Source of the DNA: an uncultured delta proteobacterium
GTDB lineage: Bacteria > Desulfobacterota > WTBG01
DNA length: 64,000 bases
Direction: 5' to 3'
Assembly (NCBI GenBank): GCA_963793865.1
Contig: CAWCBP010000001.1
Coordinates: 1,056,001-1,120,000, forward strand
Shown: positions 11,361 to 22,433 of the stretch, piece by piece
Layout of the letters: each line of letters begins with the position of its first letter
Position numbering within the stretch: the first letter of the stretch is position 1
Program-made: the position numbers and the translations under genes
The notes under the pieces: generated by a model
Database searches by the model: none
Told to the model about the DNA's origin: nothing
What the model saw: only the letters and a program-made list of their open reading frames with translations

Positions 11361-12267
11361 CTATATAAACTCTCCCCGGCGATAGGCGGGGAAATAATTT
11401 GTGGCTTCAATGCCCTTTGCCCTGGTAATTTCATCATACTTCACCCGGTTAAAAATCCGGCCGCACAAATAAGCGGTGCGCGTTCCGGTTGACCATCCTT
11501 TTTTAAAACTGTCCAGGCCCGCAGCGTTGTTGCTCTCCACTCCTGCCGCACTGCCTAAATCCAGCCAGCGTACTTTTCCCGAAAAATACTCCATTGCAAA
11601 CCAATAGAGAGCGTATGAAGCCATTAGTTCGTAACCGAGCGGGTTCATGGCAGCCAGGTGGCTGTATGCTATCTCTCCCTGTTTATACCAGAGATGCGCT
11701 CCCACAAGAGTGCCCCGTGTAAAGGCTTGAAACATTACAATTCCAGGAACCCTCAGTTGCTGTTCAAATGATTGCCGAGAAAAACACTTAATCCCTGTAA
11801 GATGATGCCTGCTGATTAAATGGCCATAGAGACGCGACCATTCATCAATAAATCGTGCCGGTTCGGTGGTGCAATCTACGCTCACATCCTGTCCTGCCTT
11901 CCTCGCATAATAACGGTGATGCTTGGAAATGAAAGTATCAGCCGGACGACAAAGATCAACGATGAAATGTTCTTTGAATTTCAGCACCCTGTCAAAACAT
12001 TTTTCAAGCAAGGTGCTGGTATATTCTCCAAAAGGGTCAGTAACCAGGGAAAGCGCCACTAATTCGTGACCTACACTTTCTAGATCCGCACTGGATCATC
12101 GACCAATCATGACATGTAAACAACGGATAGCATCCCATACCATCATAGCTGGAAAATCCTGGGATCCGGCGCTTCAAAATCCATCCCCCGCATGCGCTCA
12201 ATTGTTTCACGCTGCCGAATTCAGCTAACGATGCTGCATAGCCGGGATGTCCATACCCATCCATCAT
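11361..12267 (-). CDS. GNAT/FemAB-like acyltransferase domain protein (frameshift near 12060-12090)
   Basis: AYSHLAA, YALYWFAMEYF..WLDLGS..GLDSFKKGW, typical of Acetyltransf_6 proteins in glycan clusters. Confidence 0.7.
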
Positions 12268-13526
12268 GAATCACCATCCACGTGTTCCCATTCACCGGTC
12301 AACAAAACAGGGGCCCAGCTCACGGCTATATTTTTGACCTGGAAGAAAGCGAGATAATCGCTCCGGTAGAGTATTTCATGATCGGGCAGATCAAGCACGA
12401 CGATTCCGACAGAGTACACGCCGGAGTGAAACCGCAAGTTTTTCAGCCTGACACGTATCTGTCTCTCTGATGCCTGGCTACCGACTCGCCATCCATTTTG
12501 CTCGGACCAGCAGTCCGCGACCGGCTGCATTGCCTGATTATATATAAATATCCTGATGACCGGATCTCTCACTGCAGACACTATCTTTAGCCGCATTTCA
12601 ATTTCCAGGTCATCCCCGCAATTAAGCTCCAAGAGTGTATCCCCTGCCGCCTCAATGCCCCCATGATACAGATGAAAATCCGACACCGCTGCCTTTCCGG
12701 TTCCGGACACCCTTTTTTCCACAAGATTAAATTGAGAGTGATAGTAGTCAATGCCCTGCTGCACATCGCTCCCATGGTGGGCAATAATTCCCCGGTTCAG
12801 CACCATGACCTGCGTGCAGATGCGATAGACATATTGCATGGAGTGTGAAACAAAAATGACCGCGGCATTTTCCATCAGCTCGTTTATTTTGTTCAGGCAT
12901 TTTACCTTGAAGCCCAGGTCACCCACGGCAAGCACCTCATCAATGAGCAGGAGATCCGGTTTCATGGCCATGGCAACGGCAAATCCCAATCGTACGCGCA
13001 TGCCTGAGGAGTAGGTTGCCACCGGGGCATCGATAAAATCACCCAACTCCGAAAATTCGACAATCGCATCAAATTGCGCATCGAGCTCATCCCGCTCAAG
13101 GCCGAGGATTGCCCCGTTGAGATACACATTTTCCCTGCCGGTAAAATAAGGGTGAAAGCCTGTTCCCAGGGCTATCAGCGCCCCCACCCTTCCTGCAATC
13201 ATAATCTCGCCCGTATCCGGCGGGAAAATGCCGGTGAGCAGCCTGAGAAGGGTTGTCTTGCCTGACCCGTTAATGCCGATCAATCCGAGCACCTCTCCCT
13301 TCTTTAACTCAAAGCTGATATCCTGCAGCGCCCAGAACTCGTCTCTCCGGAGGGATGCAGAATCAGGTCTGAGCCCAACCAGGTTTCGTGCCAGATCCGC
13401 TATGCCATAGGACATGCTCCGCCTCAGTTTCTTGCAAAACTTCTTGGAGACGTTGCTCACCGAGACAACGGTTTCTTTATCTTCACGCCCCGGCGCCCGG
13501 ATCAGTTCCTTTTGTAAATGCTGCAC
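12264..13526 (-). CDS. wzt: Polysaccharide ABC exporter ATP-binding subunit with C-terminal carbohydrate-binding (Wzt_C) domain
   Basis: GINGSGKTT, YSSGMRVRLGFAVA, IDEVLAVGD; ~150-aa C-terminal extension. Confidence 0.92.
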   Translation of the reverse strand: MQHLQKELIRAPGREDKETVVSVSNVSKKFCKKLRRSMSYGIADLARNLVGLRPDSASLRRDEFWALQDISFELKKGEVLGLIGINGSGKTTLLRLLTGIFPPDTGEIMIAGRVGALIALGTGFHPYFTGRENVYLNGAILGLERDELDAQFDAIVEFSELGDFIDAPVATYSSGMRVRLGFAVAMAMKPDLLLIDEVLAVGDLGFKVKCLNKINELMENAAVIFVSHSMQYVYRICTQVMVLNRGIIAHHGSDVQQGIDYYHSQFNLVEKRVSGTGKAAVSDFHLYHGGIEAAGDTLLELNCGDDLEIEMRLKIVSAVRDPVIRIFIYNQAMQPVADCWSEQNGWRVGSQASERQIRVRLKNLRFHSGVYSVGIVVLDLPDHEILYRSDYLAFFQVKNIAVSWAPVLLTGEWEHVDGDS

Positions 13527-13535
13527 CTATTGCCT

Positions 13536-14408
13536 TCAAATCATCCTCTCTATGATCTTGTCTTCGGAGATATAAAAAAGCCTCCACGATATCATAAAAA
13601 GCAGAAACGAAAGGGAAGCACAGATAACATATCCCCCGGTATGATACAGATAACCGTGTATAATAATGTCCCGTGCCGAGCAAACCAGATAGGTAAGCGG
13701 ATTCCACTTGATGATCATGCGGACCAGGTCGCTCCCGGCATTTTCAGAATAAATCACCGGGGTCACCCACATGGTCAATCCCAGAAGCACATTTGCCACT
13801 TTGTCGACATCCAGCGAGAGCACCGACAGCATGGATACCACCAGGCCAATGGCGGCCGCCAGGAAAAAAAGGGGAAGAATGACCAGGGGAAAGAAAACCA
13901 TTTTCCAGCTCGGCACGACACCGAAGAGGAGCAGCACAATAATATTTATCAGAAAAGTTACAATAAAATTTGCCAGGTGCTGGGCGGTCTGCATGACAAG
14001 TAGCGCTTCGTGCGGATAATTGACCTGAAGAATCAACGCCTGCCCCGATGAGAGGGTATCCTTTGCTGAATTGAAAAAACCCATGAACAGCCCCCACATT
14101 GTGGTGCCGATCAGAACATAGGCGGGATATGGTATGCCTGACTCGCCGGGCTTAAGCATCCCCGTCTTCTGCAAAAACACCCATGAAAGAATGCCAACAA
14201 TGGGCGATATCACAATCCAGCTCACGCCGATAAAGGACTTCTTGTAGCTCCCCCAAAAGTCCCGCTTAAACAACTGCCAAATCAATTCCCTTGCCTGGAT
14301 TATATTCCGCAGCATAATCTTCCAGGTCATGAAGAACCCAAGTTCGTGCCTGAGATTGGGCCTGTAGATGGTGATCGTTCGATTATGATTTTTGCTTTTT
14401 CTCTGCAT
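13536..14408 (-). CDS. wzm: Polysaccharide ABC exporter permease
   Basis: RELIWQLFKRDF..YKKSFIG..W, TPVIYS, WNPLTYL; six hydrophobic segments; adjacent to wzt. Confidence 0.9.
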   Translation of the reverse strand: MQRKSKNHNRTITIYRPNLRHELGFFMTWKIMLRNIIQARELIWQLFKRDFWGSYKKSFIGVSWIVISPIVGILSWVFLQKTGMLKPGESGIPYPAYVLIGTTMWGLFMGFFNSAKDTLSSGQALILQVNYPHEALLVMQTAQHLANFIVTFLINIIVLLLFGVVPSWKMVFFPLVILPLFFLAAAIGLVVSMLSVLSLDVDKVANVLLGLTMWVTPVIYSENAGSDLVRMIIKWNPLTYLVCSARDIIIHGYLYHTGGYVICASLSFLLFMISWRLFYISEDKIIERMI

Positions 14409-14451
14409 GATACGCTCTCAGGCGCGCCCTCGGGCACTTAAGCCATTGGTT

Positions 14452-16881
14452 TCAAGTATTGGTATCATACAAAACACCTTTACCTTTTCTCCCCGCAAGC
14501 ATAAAAGCCACTATACCAAGGAAGGTACAACAGGATAAAACTGCGCCTATTTTAAAGCTTAATGGGTCAAATGTGAAGGTAACTTTGCTGTTTCCCGGGG
14601 GAAGATAGACACCTCTCAGATTATAAAAAACTCGCAAAATATTCTTTTCCCTGCCGTTGACGCGAACTCTCCAACCCGGATAGTAGTTATCGGCCAGAAC
14701 CAAAAATCCTTTGTCATTTCCAATAGTTTCTATTTCGACCTCGTTGGGAGAATACTTTAGAATTTTCACCTCTGCCGGATCGCCCGCCGCTTTTGGTATT
14801 TTTTCGCCAGCCGCCCCCTCCCCTATCTTATGATATTCCTCCCTGGTAATCAGAACCGATGCCCTCGGATCAAAGTCCTTTCCCTGCATCGCTTCAAGAA
14901 CCTCATCATCATTAGTATATACCGAGGCGTTCGAAACAAAAAATGCCCGTGGCAGCACTTCCCTATTCTCGTATACCTTGACCGGACCTCCCTGTACAAT
15001 CTTGAATGAATCATCATCCAAGCGGTAGGAACTTATCAGATATTTCACATTGAGTAAATTAAGCATCTGCCTGGAGAAATGAGGCGGCGCAATAATAATC
15101 TTCTCAGGTTTGTAAAATTCTTTGACCGGCTGAAAAAGTGCATAATAGCGGGTCACCAGCATTTCCGCGTATTCATCAATCGTGTCAATCCCGAATATGA
15201 GCGATAGATTGGGCATCATAAAGGACTTAAGGGTTTCAAAGGTCCTTTCAAAAGGCACGTTGGGAATATGCATGAAGCCTTCAAATGTGGCGTAGGAAAG
15301 TGAAAAGATGCGATATCGGGATGAATCCGCCTTCAGAAGTTGTACTGCTTCATTTGGATTTGAATAGTCCGCAGCTTCGAGCAGCGCATCCTGAGGCTTG
15401 CCCACTAGTATGAGATCGGCTAACAGCAGGAGAATAGCCAACACTTTTGACACCCTGACGGCTAATTTTCCCCTGATGGTGAGGATTATGAGCAAACCGG
15501 AGGCCAGGAGAAGGAGCACAAAAACCGCATATCCCTTAAAGACAGACAGATACGCTGCCTCGGCAGTGACAATTTTATGAAACAACGTTCGGGGATACAT
15601 ACGCTTGAAACGCTTTAAAGAGCACATCATCAAGGAGCATCGCCGCAAACAGTATAACTATTGCCATGCACATTTGTGACGAGCAAAAACAGATCGAGCC
15701 CCTTTGTTTGCCCCTGATTAAGCCTTTCGAAAAGAGCGCTGAATCCCATCCCCGCAAGCACTGCAAGTGAAAAGCCTGCCAGGAAAAGGTATTTAACCGG
15801 GTAGTGTATCACATTCAGGCCCGGGATGTATCTGATGAGCAAAAAAAGCGGGGTGTGCTTACCGAATGCCATGACGCAGGAACAGACAACAACACCGATA
15901 AAAAAATAGGTCATGCCGTTCCTGGACCACCGGAGGGAAAAAATCACCAGCAGGATCGGCAAAACGCCAATATAAAATGTATCCAGCCAGAATTGCCCGA
16001 ACCACCGGTTCATGGGAACGGTGGATCCAAACAGGTAAGGAACAAGCAGCTGCAACAGCTCCAGAGGATGGTATGACCACTTGGTCAGCTCCTCATAACT
16101 GAACCCGCCCGCTCGTGTCGAAGAAAAGACATATTCTGCAAAAGGGATAAGCACAATGGCAGAAAGCAAAATGCCAATTAACCAGACACACGGGATATAC
16201 CAGAGTGATCGGGGTTTTGATCCGAGAGACTGATATTGTCCTGAACGCAGGCAGAAAAGATGATAGGCGATCATAAACATGAATGTCGACAATCACATAG
16301 CAGGATGCATCGCCCGCTAAAATCTGAAGTCCGATAAGGACACCGGTGAGGACCAGATAGAGCTGATTCCTTCCTTTTAAAAAGCGGGCATACGCTAACA
16401 CGATGAGCGGCAGCCACACCGCCGCAGTGAGAAATGCGACATTATCCAGAATGGAAATCATGTAACCGCCGAACATAAATACGATGGCTGAGCACATGCC
16501 GGCGTAATTATCATACTCCCAATGCCTCATGAGCAGAAACATCCCTACCCCTGCCAGAAAGTAATGAAGCACAATGAAATACTTAAAGCCCGTGCCAAAC
16601 GGCAGGATGTAATAGATAAGGCTTAAGGGATAGAACACAGAACTCTGCAGATTTGCCAAAAAGGGAACCCCCGAGGCAAGATGAGGATTCCACAGGGGAA
16701 GAATCCCGCTTTTTATGCATTGAGCGGCGAATAATTGCCTGGGATAAAAAAAGGCATACATATCCCTTGAAGCAAATGTTTTGCTGCTGAAAACAACCGG
16801 GAAAAAGTAAAGGGCCGTGATGCACAGAAGCAGAAGGCCAATGACGATAGATACCTTTTTTCTCTTATTGCTATCTGCCAT
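14452..16881 (-). CDS. YfhO-family GT-C membrane glycosyltransferase (about three frameshifts)
   Basis: PLWNPHLASGVPFLAN..FYP N-terminus; C-terminal LVLADNYYPGWRVRVNG..LRGVYLPPG; ORFs 16093-16881, 15630-16292, 15575-15766 and 14452-15648 form one gene. Confidence 0.82.
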
Positions 16882-16900
16882 AGGTGACTACTTTTATAGG

Positions 16901-16966
16901 CCGGCAGGAGCGGCTTTAAGCCGCGATGCATCGCGCCTGAAGACGCTCCTACGAAATTTCAAATAT
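16901..16966. repeat. REP doublet (REPIN-like hairpin), copy 2
   Basis: CCGGCAGGAGCGGCTTTAAGCCGCGATGCATCGCGCCTGAAGACGCTCCTACGAAATTTCAAATAT, a direct repeat of 1262-1328. Confidence 0.8.
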
Positions 16967-18207
16967 CTTTGGCTAACATTTGCAAGCCGTTTCGCAGCAC
17001 GCCCTTCAAACCTACCTTGGGGATAAAACCGTGTTCCAGAATTGAAACTACTTCCACTCCTGCCTCATCAAACCATCCTTTTACTTCCTTCCGGGTATGA
17101 TGACTCTGGTATTCAGGAGAAAACCAGTCAAAATTTTCCTGCAGCCTCACCCGCCAATTCGGATGAACGGATGCAGTAAGGTACTTGATCAGCGGTATTT
17201 TCCCCATAGCCGCCAGCGGGTAACAGAGCATATACAGCAGCGGGACATTCATCCTGGTGGTAACCAGTCGCGCAAATTATATATAATTCGCGTAGCGAAA
17301 CGGTAAGCCAGTGATCTGTTTGCAAAATTATTACTGACATATTTCTCACGATCCGGCTTCAAGGGGTTGGTCTTGAAATCGGCAAATGCCCAGCAGCACC
17401 ATACAGCCAGACAGAAATGATTCCTTCTTTTTTGAGGCAATTCACTAAATTTAAAAATGCCTGACGGGGATCAGGCGTATGATGCAAAACGCCCAGGCTG
17501 TAGATTACATCAAATTGCCTGTTTCTAAAGGGCAGGTGCAATATGTCAGCCTGTATGATGTGCGCTAACGGATGAATTCTGGTTTTCTCACGTGCCTTAA
17601 GTATGCTCCGGCTCAGATCCAAACCGATGATTTCATCCGCCATGCCCGCGGCAATGGCCGTATATCTCCCCATACCACATCCGGCGTCCAGAACCACCTT
17701 GCCTTTTAAGCACTCTTCCGACAGTTGCGAGTCATCAAGGAAGATCTTTCGGTCTTCAAACGCATCATTAACATTATATCTGAGCCATTGATACCCAAAG
17801 CTTGCTTGTGTCTTTGGCTGCGGCGCCAAAGGGCGTTCACTGGCTGCATCGTTACTATAAGCCTTACCGGCTTGCACCCGGTCAAGAAAATCTTTATATC
17901 GTTCTGAAAAATTCCCCAATTCACTGAATGCATCTGGAAGCATCCGCGGGATACCGTCAGCAACCGGGTACTCATTTCTGCAGTTACAGGAAAGCATACC
18001 CTCTTCAATTTCATATGTCAGACAAAGTGCGCAATCAACATCCTTATCGGATACCCCATTCTTATGACCCTTAAATGCACATACCCGGTCGCACCTTTTT
18101 ATCTGATCGATGTGAACTGATTGAACCCTTTTTTCCCTGAATACGGTAATATTCAGTTCGCCGCCGCACTCAGGACAGACCAGATAATTGAGCAGCCTGT
18201 ATTTCAT
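16959..18207 (-). CDS. Trm112-like Zn domain fused to class I SAM methyltransferase (frameshifted)
   Basis: LVCPECGGEL..EIEEGMLSCNC..YPVADGIPRML; VLDAGCGMGRY, SLGVLHHTPDP; C-terminal piece FDWFSPEYQSHHT. Confidence 0.82.
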
Positions 18208-18249
18208 ATTTCCCTGTCTTCCTGCTGATCGATGACTTACCCTTTCTTC

Positions 18250-18284
18250 TGACCCTGTTCCCTGACCCCTGAACCCTGTACCCT
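18250..18284. repeat. Degenerate heptamer tandem repeat TGWNCCC (4 full units plus a leading 6-nt unit)
   Basis: tgaccc tgttccc tgacccc tgaaccc tgtaccc in an intergenic spacer. Confidence 0.65.
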
Positions 18285-18288
18285 CTCC

Positions 18289-19524
18289 TCACAGCATCTG
18301 CCCTATCTTATAATACTTGGGCTTTGAATCAAACAGCATGCAGCACCTGGTGCAAGCCGGATACATGCCGACTTTTTCAAATTTCTGCGAAACTGTTTGA
18401 AGGAGGTTCCATTCCAGAGTCGGAAAAAGAATTGCTTCTTAATATTCCCCAGTGAACCGGCAAAACAAAGCGGGCTTATGATTACTTCGCCATGAGGGTT
18501 GATGGCAACATTTCTCCAGGGCGCCAGGCATTTATTATAAAAAACCGGTTCAGCGGGTTTCGTATAATAGAGCTTTGCTTCCTCACCTGTCAAAGGAGGA
18601 TTTTCAGCTATGTAAAAACGAAAGCGCTTTTTCTCCCTCTGTATGGCATGAAGCTGTTCATGGACATACGCCATATCTATTGCCGTGACATCCACGGCCG
18701 CAATATTTTCCTGCTGTACGGGAAATTGAGCACCGAAATGCCTGTTATGATTTTCCACAATTGAGCCGTCTTTAAACCACAGGTGTGAAAAGGTTATTCC
18801 TTGCAGCTGAGATTCATATTGATTAAACCATTCGATGAAGTCCCGAATGTGCATATGGTTATGATTGGAAATGGTATGGTTAATGGTAATTTCGGGATAT
18901 CGCTTCTTGAGCTTCCTTTTTATTATCGTCAATCGCCTTTAATCCTTCCAGTGCCCTGTTGAAGGTGCCTCTCACTCCCCGTACGGTATCGTGGACCTCG
19001 CCGATGCCATCAAGTGAAATAGTAATGCGCAGCGAATCAGGTTTTGTGCTGAGCTCCACCAATCGGTCTGCAAACCGCGATAAGAGCGTACCGTTCGTCG
19101 TGATGTGAAATTGAAGGTTGAGGGAAAGCCCATAATCCAGAAGGTCCAGTATCCCAGGATAGAGGAATGGTTCTGTACCTGTCAGCAAAACCAGCGGACG
19201 ACCATTTAATCCGGCTATGTCATCAAGCAGCGCTTTCCAGTCATTCAGTTTCATGAGCTCTTCACCTCTGGCAATGGCATCAGTCAGCGGTGAAAACCCG
19301 TTATCCTGCTTGCGTTCATTTTTCTGCCCAATATCACACATGAGACACTTCAAATTGCATGACTCGGTCAGGATAAGGCAGATCGACTTCGGTGCAAAAC
19401 TGAATCCGTCAAGGAATCTATAATCATAGTCAAAGAGTCTGAACTCCCGCCGTAACTTCCTCCAGCAGGTTGCCAGATATGCCGGGTCCTGCACCATATT
19501 GTTGAATGGTTTAAGAAATTCCAT
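18289..19524 (-). CDS. Radical SAM protein with SPASM/Twitch domain (frameshifts near 18930 and 18375)
   Basis: CNLKCLMC (CxxxCxxC), TGTEPFL, ITTNG, ISLDG..HDTVRG; CLAPW..INPHGEV..PLC..LGNI and shifted YPACTRCC. Confidence 0.85.
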
Positions 19525-20679
19525 CAGTGGCCTTAACCCGCTTTTCCGCCAGAAGATTCCTGTAGAGGACAATGTAAGCTTCAGCGATCTTGCCTATATC
19601 ATGCTTTGCCTTTACAGTTTCTCTGGCATTTTTCCCAAGAGCGGCTGCCAGTTGCCGGTCTCCTAAAACACGACCCATGGCACCTGCCAGCTGTTCCTCA
19701 TTATCTACGTCAACCAGCAATCCATTTACGCCGTCCTCTATCAGGTCTTTGCTCCTCCCACCCTGGTCGATACGACCGGCAGGCCACAGGCCATTGCCTC
19801 AAGCAGCGCATTCGAAAGGCCTTCAAATCGGGAGGGAAGCACAAACAAATCTGAAGCCTCAAGATACGGTACAACATCTTCTGCGACGGAAACAAGCAGT
19901 ACGGAATCACCTGCCTATGCACTCCTTGATGAGCTTCACAATATTTTTCCGCTCCGGACCGTCAGCAATGATTAACAAGCTGACAGGGCGTCGTTTTATC
20001 GAGCAGCGCAAAGCTTCTGATAAGAAAATCGACCCCTTTTTCCGGGGAAAGCCTTCCTGTATAAATGATGGTGTTTTTCATCGGGAATGTTCATGCGCTT
20101 GCGCATTTCAGGTTTATCCATATGCCGGTTCATAAAGAGTCAAATCGACACCATTAGCAATGGAAGAGATTTTGGCGGGAGGCACTTGTCTCTTCCATCA
20201 ACTCCCTCTTAACAGTTTCACTTACCGCAATGATGCGTGATGCCCTTTTTAGCCATCATCAGGCACAGTCTTCCCCAGGCAGTCCTTTTTGCTCTCTTGA
20301 TATCTCCGCCGCTACCGCTGCTCGCCAATTTGAGCAGTGATGGTTTCATTAATAATACGCCGAGCAGAATGCTCATGAAGGAGGTGTAGCCTATTTGAAA
20401 GGTATGAATGATTGAATAGTTCTTCTGCTGCCTTATAAGATAGGCGGCCAGGCATGAGAGAAAGATCAGCGCCCCTATCACCTTGATCCTGGGTGAACAG
20501 AGACGAACCACCTTGACATTCCCAATGCATTCACGGCATTGCCAGCTTCTTTGAAAGCGGCTGGTCAGGATGGTCACGTCAATCCCCTTTTCGGCAAGAT
20601 GAGATGCCAGGGTTAATGCCTGCTTCTCTGTCCCGCCGACAAAGGGATGGAAATACCTGATGGTAAAGATAACTTTCAT
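19511..20679 (-). CDS. GT4 glycosyltransferase (multiple frameshifts)
   Basis: [14 protein letters not shown]-terminus; [20 protein letters not shown] readable at ~19780-19845; C-terminal ORF 19511-19720. Confidence 0.78.
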
Positions 20680-22098
20680 GTTATGGTCATACCAATGACA
20701 GTCACGTGCGATTTTTGATCTTTGGGCTGTACAGTTTTGCCATTAGCACGAACAAGCTCTCCAGCCGCTATCGTTAGGCCCATTAAAGACCAGAAGGTCG
20801 GAGAAACTGAAACCACTGAAAAAATAAACAGGTCATTAATCAGATAGCCGCCAACGGCAGTCAAGATGCTGAGAAAGAACAGTTTCCGTGATTTATCATT
20901 CACCTCTTGAAGAATCTTCCAGACATGCGCCAAAAATAAGACAAGAACAGCAAGATAAGCTGCCAGACCGGCAAGTCCCATTGCAAAAGCCGTATCCAGA
21001 TAGGTGTTATGAGCCCTGTCGATTATTACCCGGTCATGAAAAATATCCGTATATTCCTGATTGAAGTCCTTAAACACCAGCATAAACGTTTCCAGACCAT
21101 ATCCAAACCAAGGTTTCTCTTTGATTAGCTGCACGGTTTTATCCCAGACATATAATCTTGTGGCAACTCCTCTGCCCTTATCGACATCAAAACTGGTCAC
21201 CGCTTTCCGGACTACCTCGCCGCGAGTCTTCTTGTCAGGGAAAGATGATTTTTTTTGCCTGGTTCTGAGCGTGTGGAGATTAAAAAGTGTACACGATTAA
21301 AATAAAAGTTACGATAATGCAGGCAAGCCGCGGTAATTTTCCGCGCATTAATGAATTTTTTAAAGCTAAGAACAGGAATAGCGTCAGTCCAACCAGCAAT
21401 CCAAGCCAGCTCGCTCTGGTAAAGGTAGCAATCATCGCGGCAAAACAAATGGCCGCGGAACAAAACAAGGCTCATCAGCCTGAACCTACCGGTTTCACAT
21501 ATGTACAAAGCTAAGACGACGGGTATAATAAGGATCAGATATTTCCCCAAAAAGTTAGGATTGCCAATTGTGCTTCCGACTCCGTTCCCTTTGGGAAAAT
21601 ATTTATAAAAAAAATGTTCTGTGGGATTGTAATAAAAGTATTGAAATAAAGCATATAAGGAGACAATCGTCGCGCAGAGGACGAAGCCGAAAAACAATCG
21701 TGCAGCAAATTTCCGGGGTTTGCACATTATGTTTAAAAAGAAAAACTAATGCGACATAGGTTACAATGGTACAAAGTCCTTCCAGGCGAAGGGGATCACC
21801 ATAGAAGCTCAATGCCGTGTTTATGGAAAATATCGTTGATACAGCGGCGGCAATCACGTAAGCAAGAATTGAAACTGGTCAGCGCGTTCCACTGCCAATG
21901 CAAACCTTTTTTTCTGAACAGGGCCATAGCCAGCCATGCTATACCAGCTATCAGCAGCAGGACCTGCACCGATGCAATTTTAGGACGGTACCACACATCA
22001 AAGGCAAGGGGATTGATAATAAGCGGGACTACCGCAATAATAAAAATAAGAGACCATTCAATTGTCTTTGTGCATATATAGGTTAGCCTGTCACTCAT
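20676..22098 (-). CDS. O-antigen ligase / PglL-TfpO-like oligosaccharyltransferase (Wzy_C domain; frameshifted)
   Basis: STIGNPNFLG, TFTRASWLG, RLYVW..PWFGYGLETF and RAHNTYLD Wzy_C His motif; directly downstream of the pilin gene. Confidence 0.82.
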
Positions 22099-22372
22099 CT
22101 CAGCACTTCATATCTAAGAACCGAATCAAATGTATACCAATGTGTAAGCATAATGCGTAATGCACACAATTTATATCCAAATAAAAGATGTATCGCTTGA
22201 CTCGAATGAAAAGCAAGGAACATAAAATATTTAATGGCTCGCAGCTACAACAGATTAACTCTAACGGTTTAAAATGCCCAGATAATTTTATTCATCGTGC
22301 AAAATCAATCTTATGATAAGGAATTTTTAGCGTATTGCAAAGAAAAAGAGCATTATTAAAAACTTGCGACAC

Positions 22373-22403
22373 AAAAAAGGAGGCATTTTATGCCTCCTTT
22401 TTT
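22373..22403. terminator. Intrinsic terminator downstream of pilA
   Basis: AAAAAAGGAGGCAT-TTT-ATGCCTCCTTTTTT perfect hairpin with U-tracts on both strands. Confidence 0.9.
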
Positions 22404-22433
22404 CAGACTGGCTAAATATTGTTCCGATCTTGA

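Noticed and set aside
22099..22372. ncRNA or riboswitch in the AT-rich spacer between pilA and the ligase gene
   Set aside because: No recognisable aptamer or stable structure; more likely a promoter region for the glycan operon.
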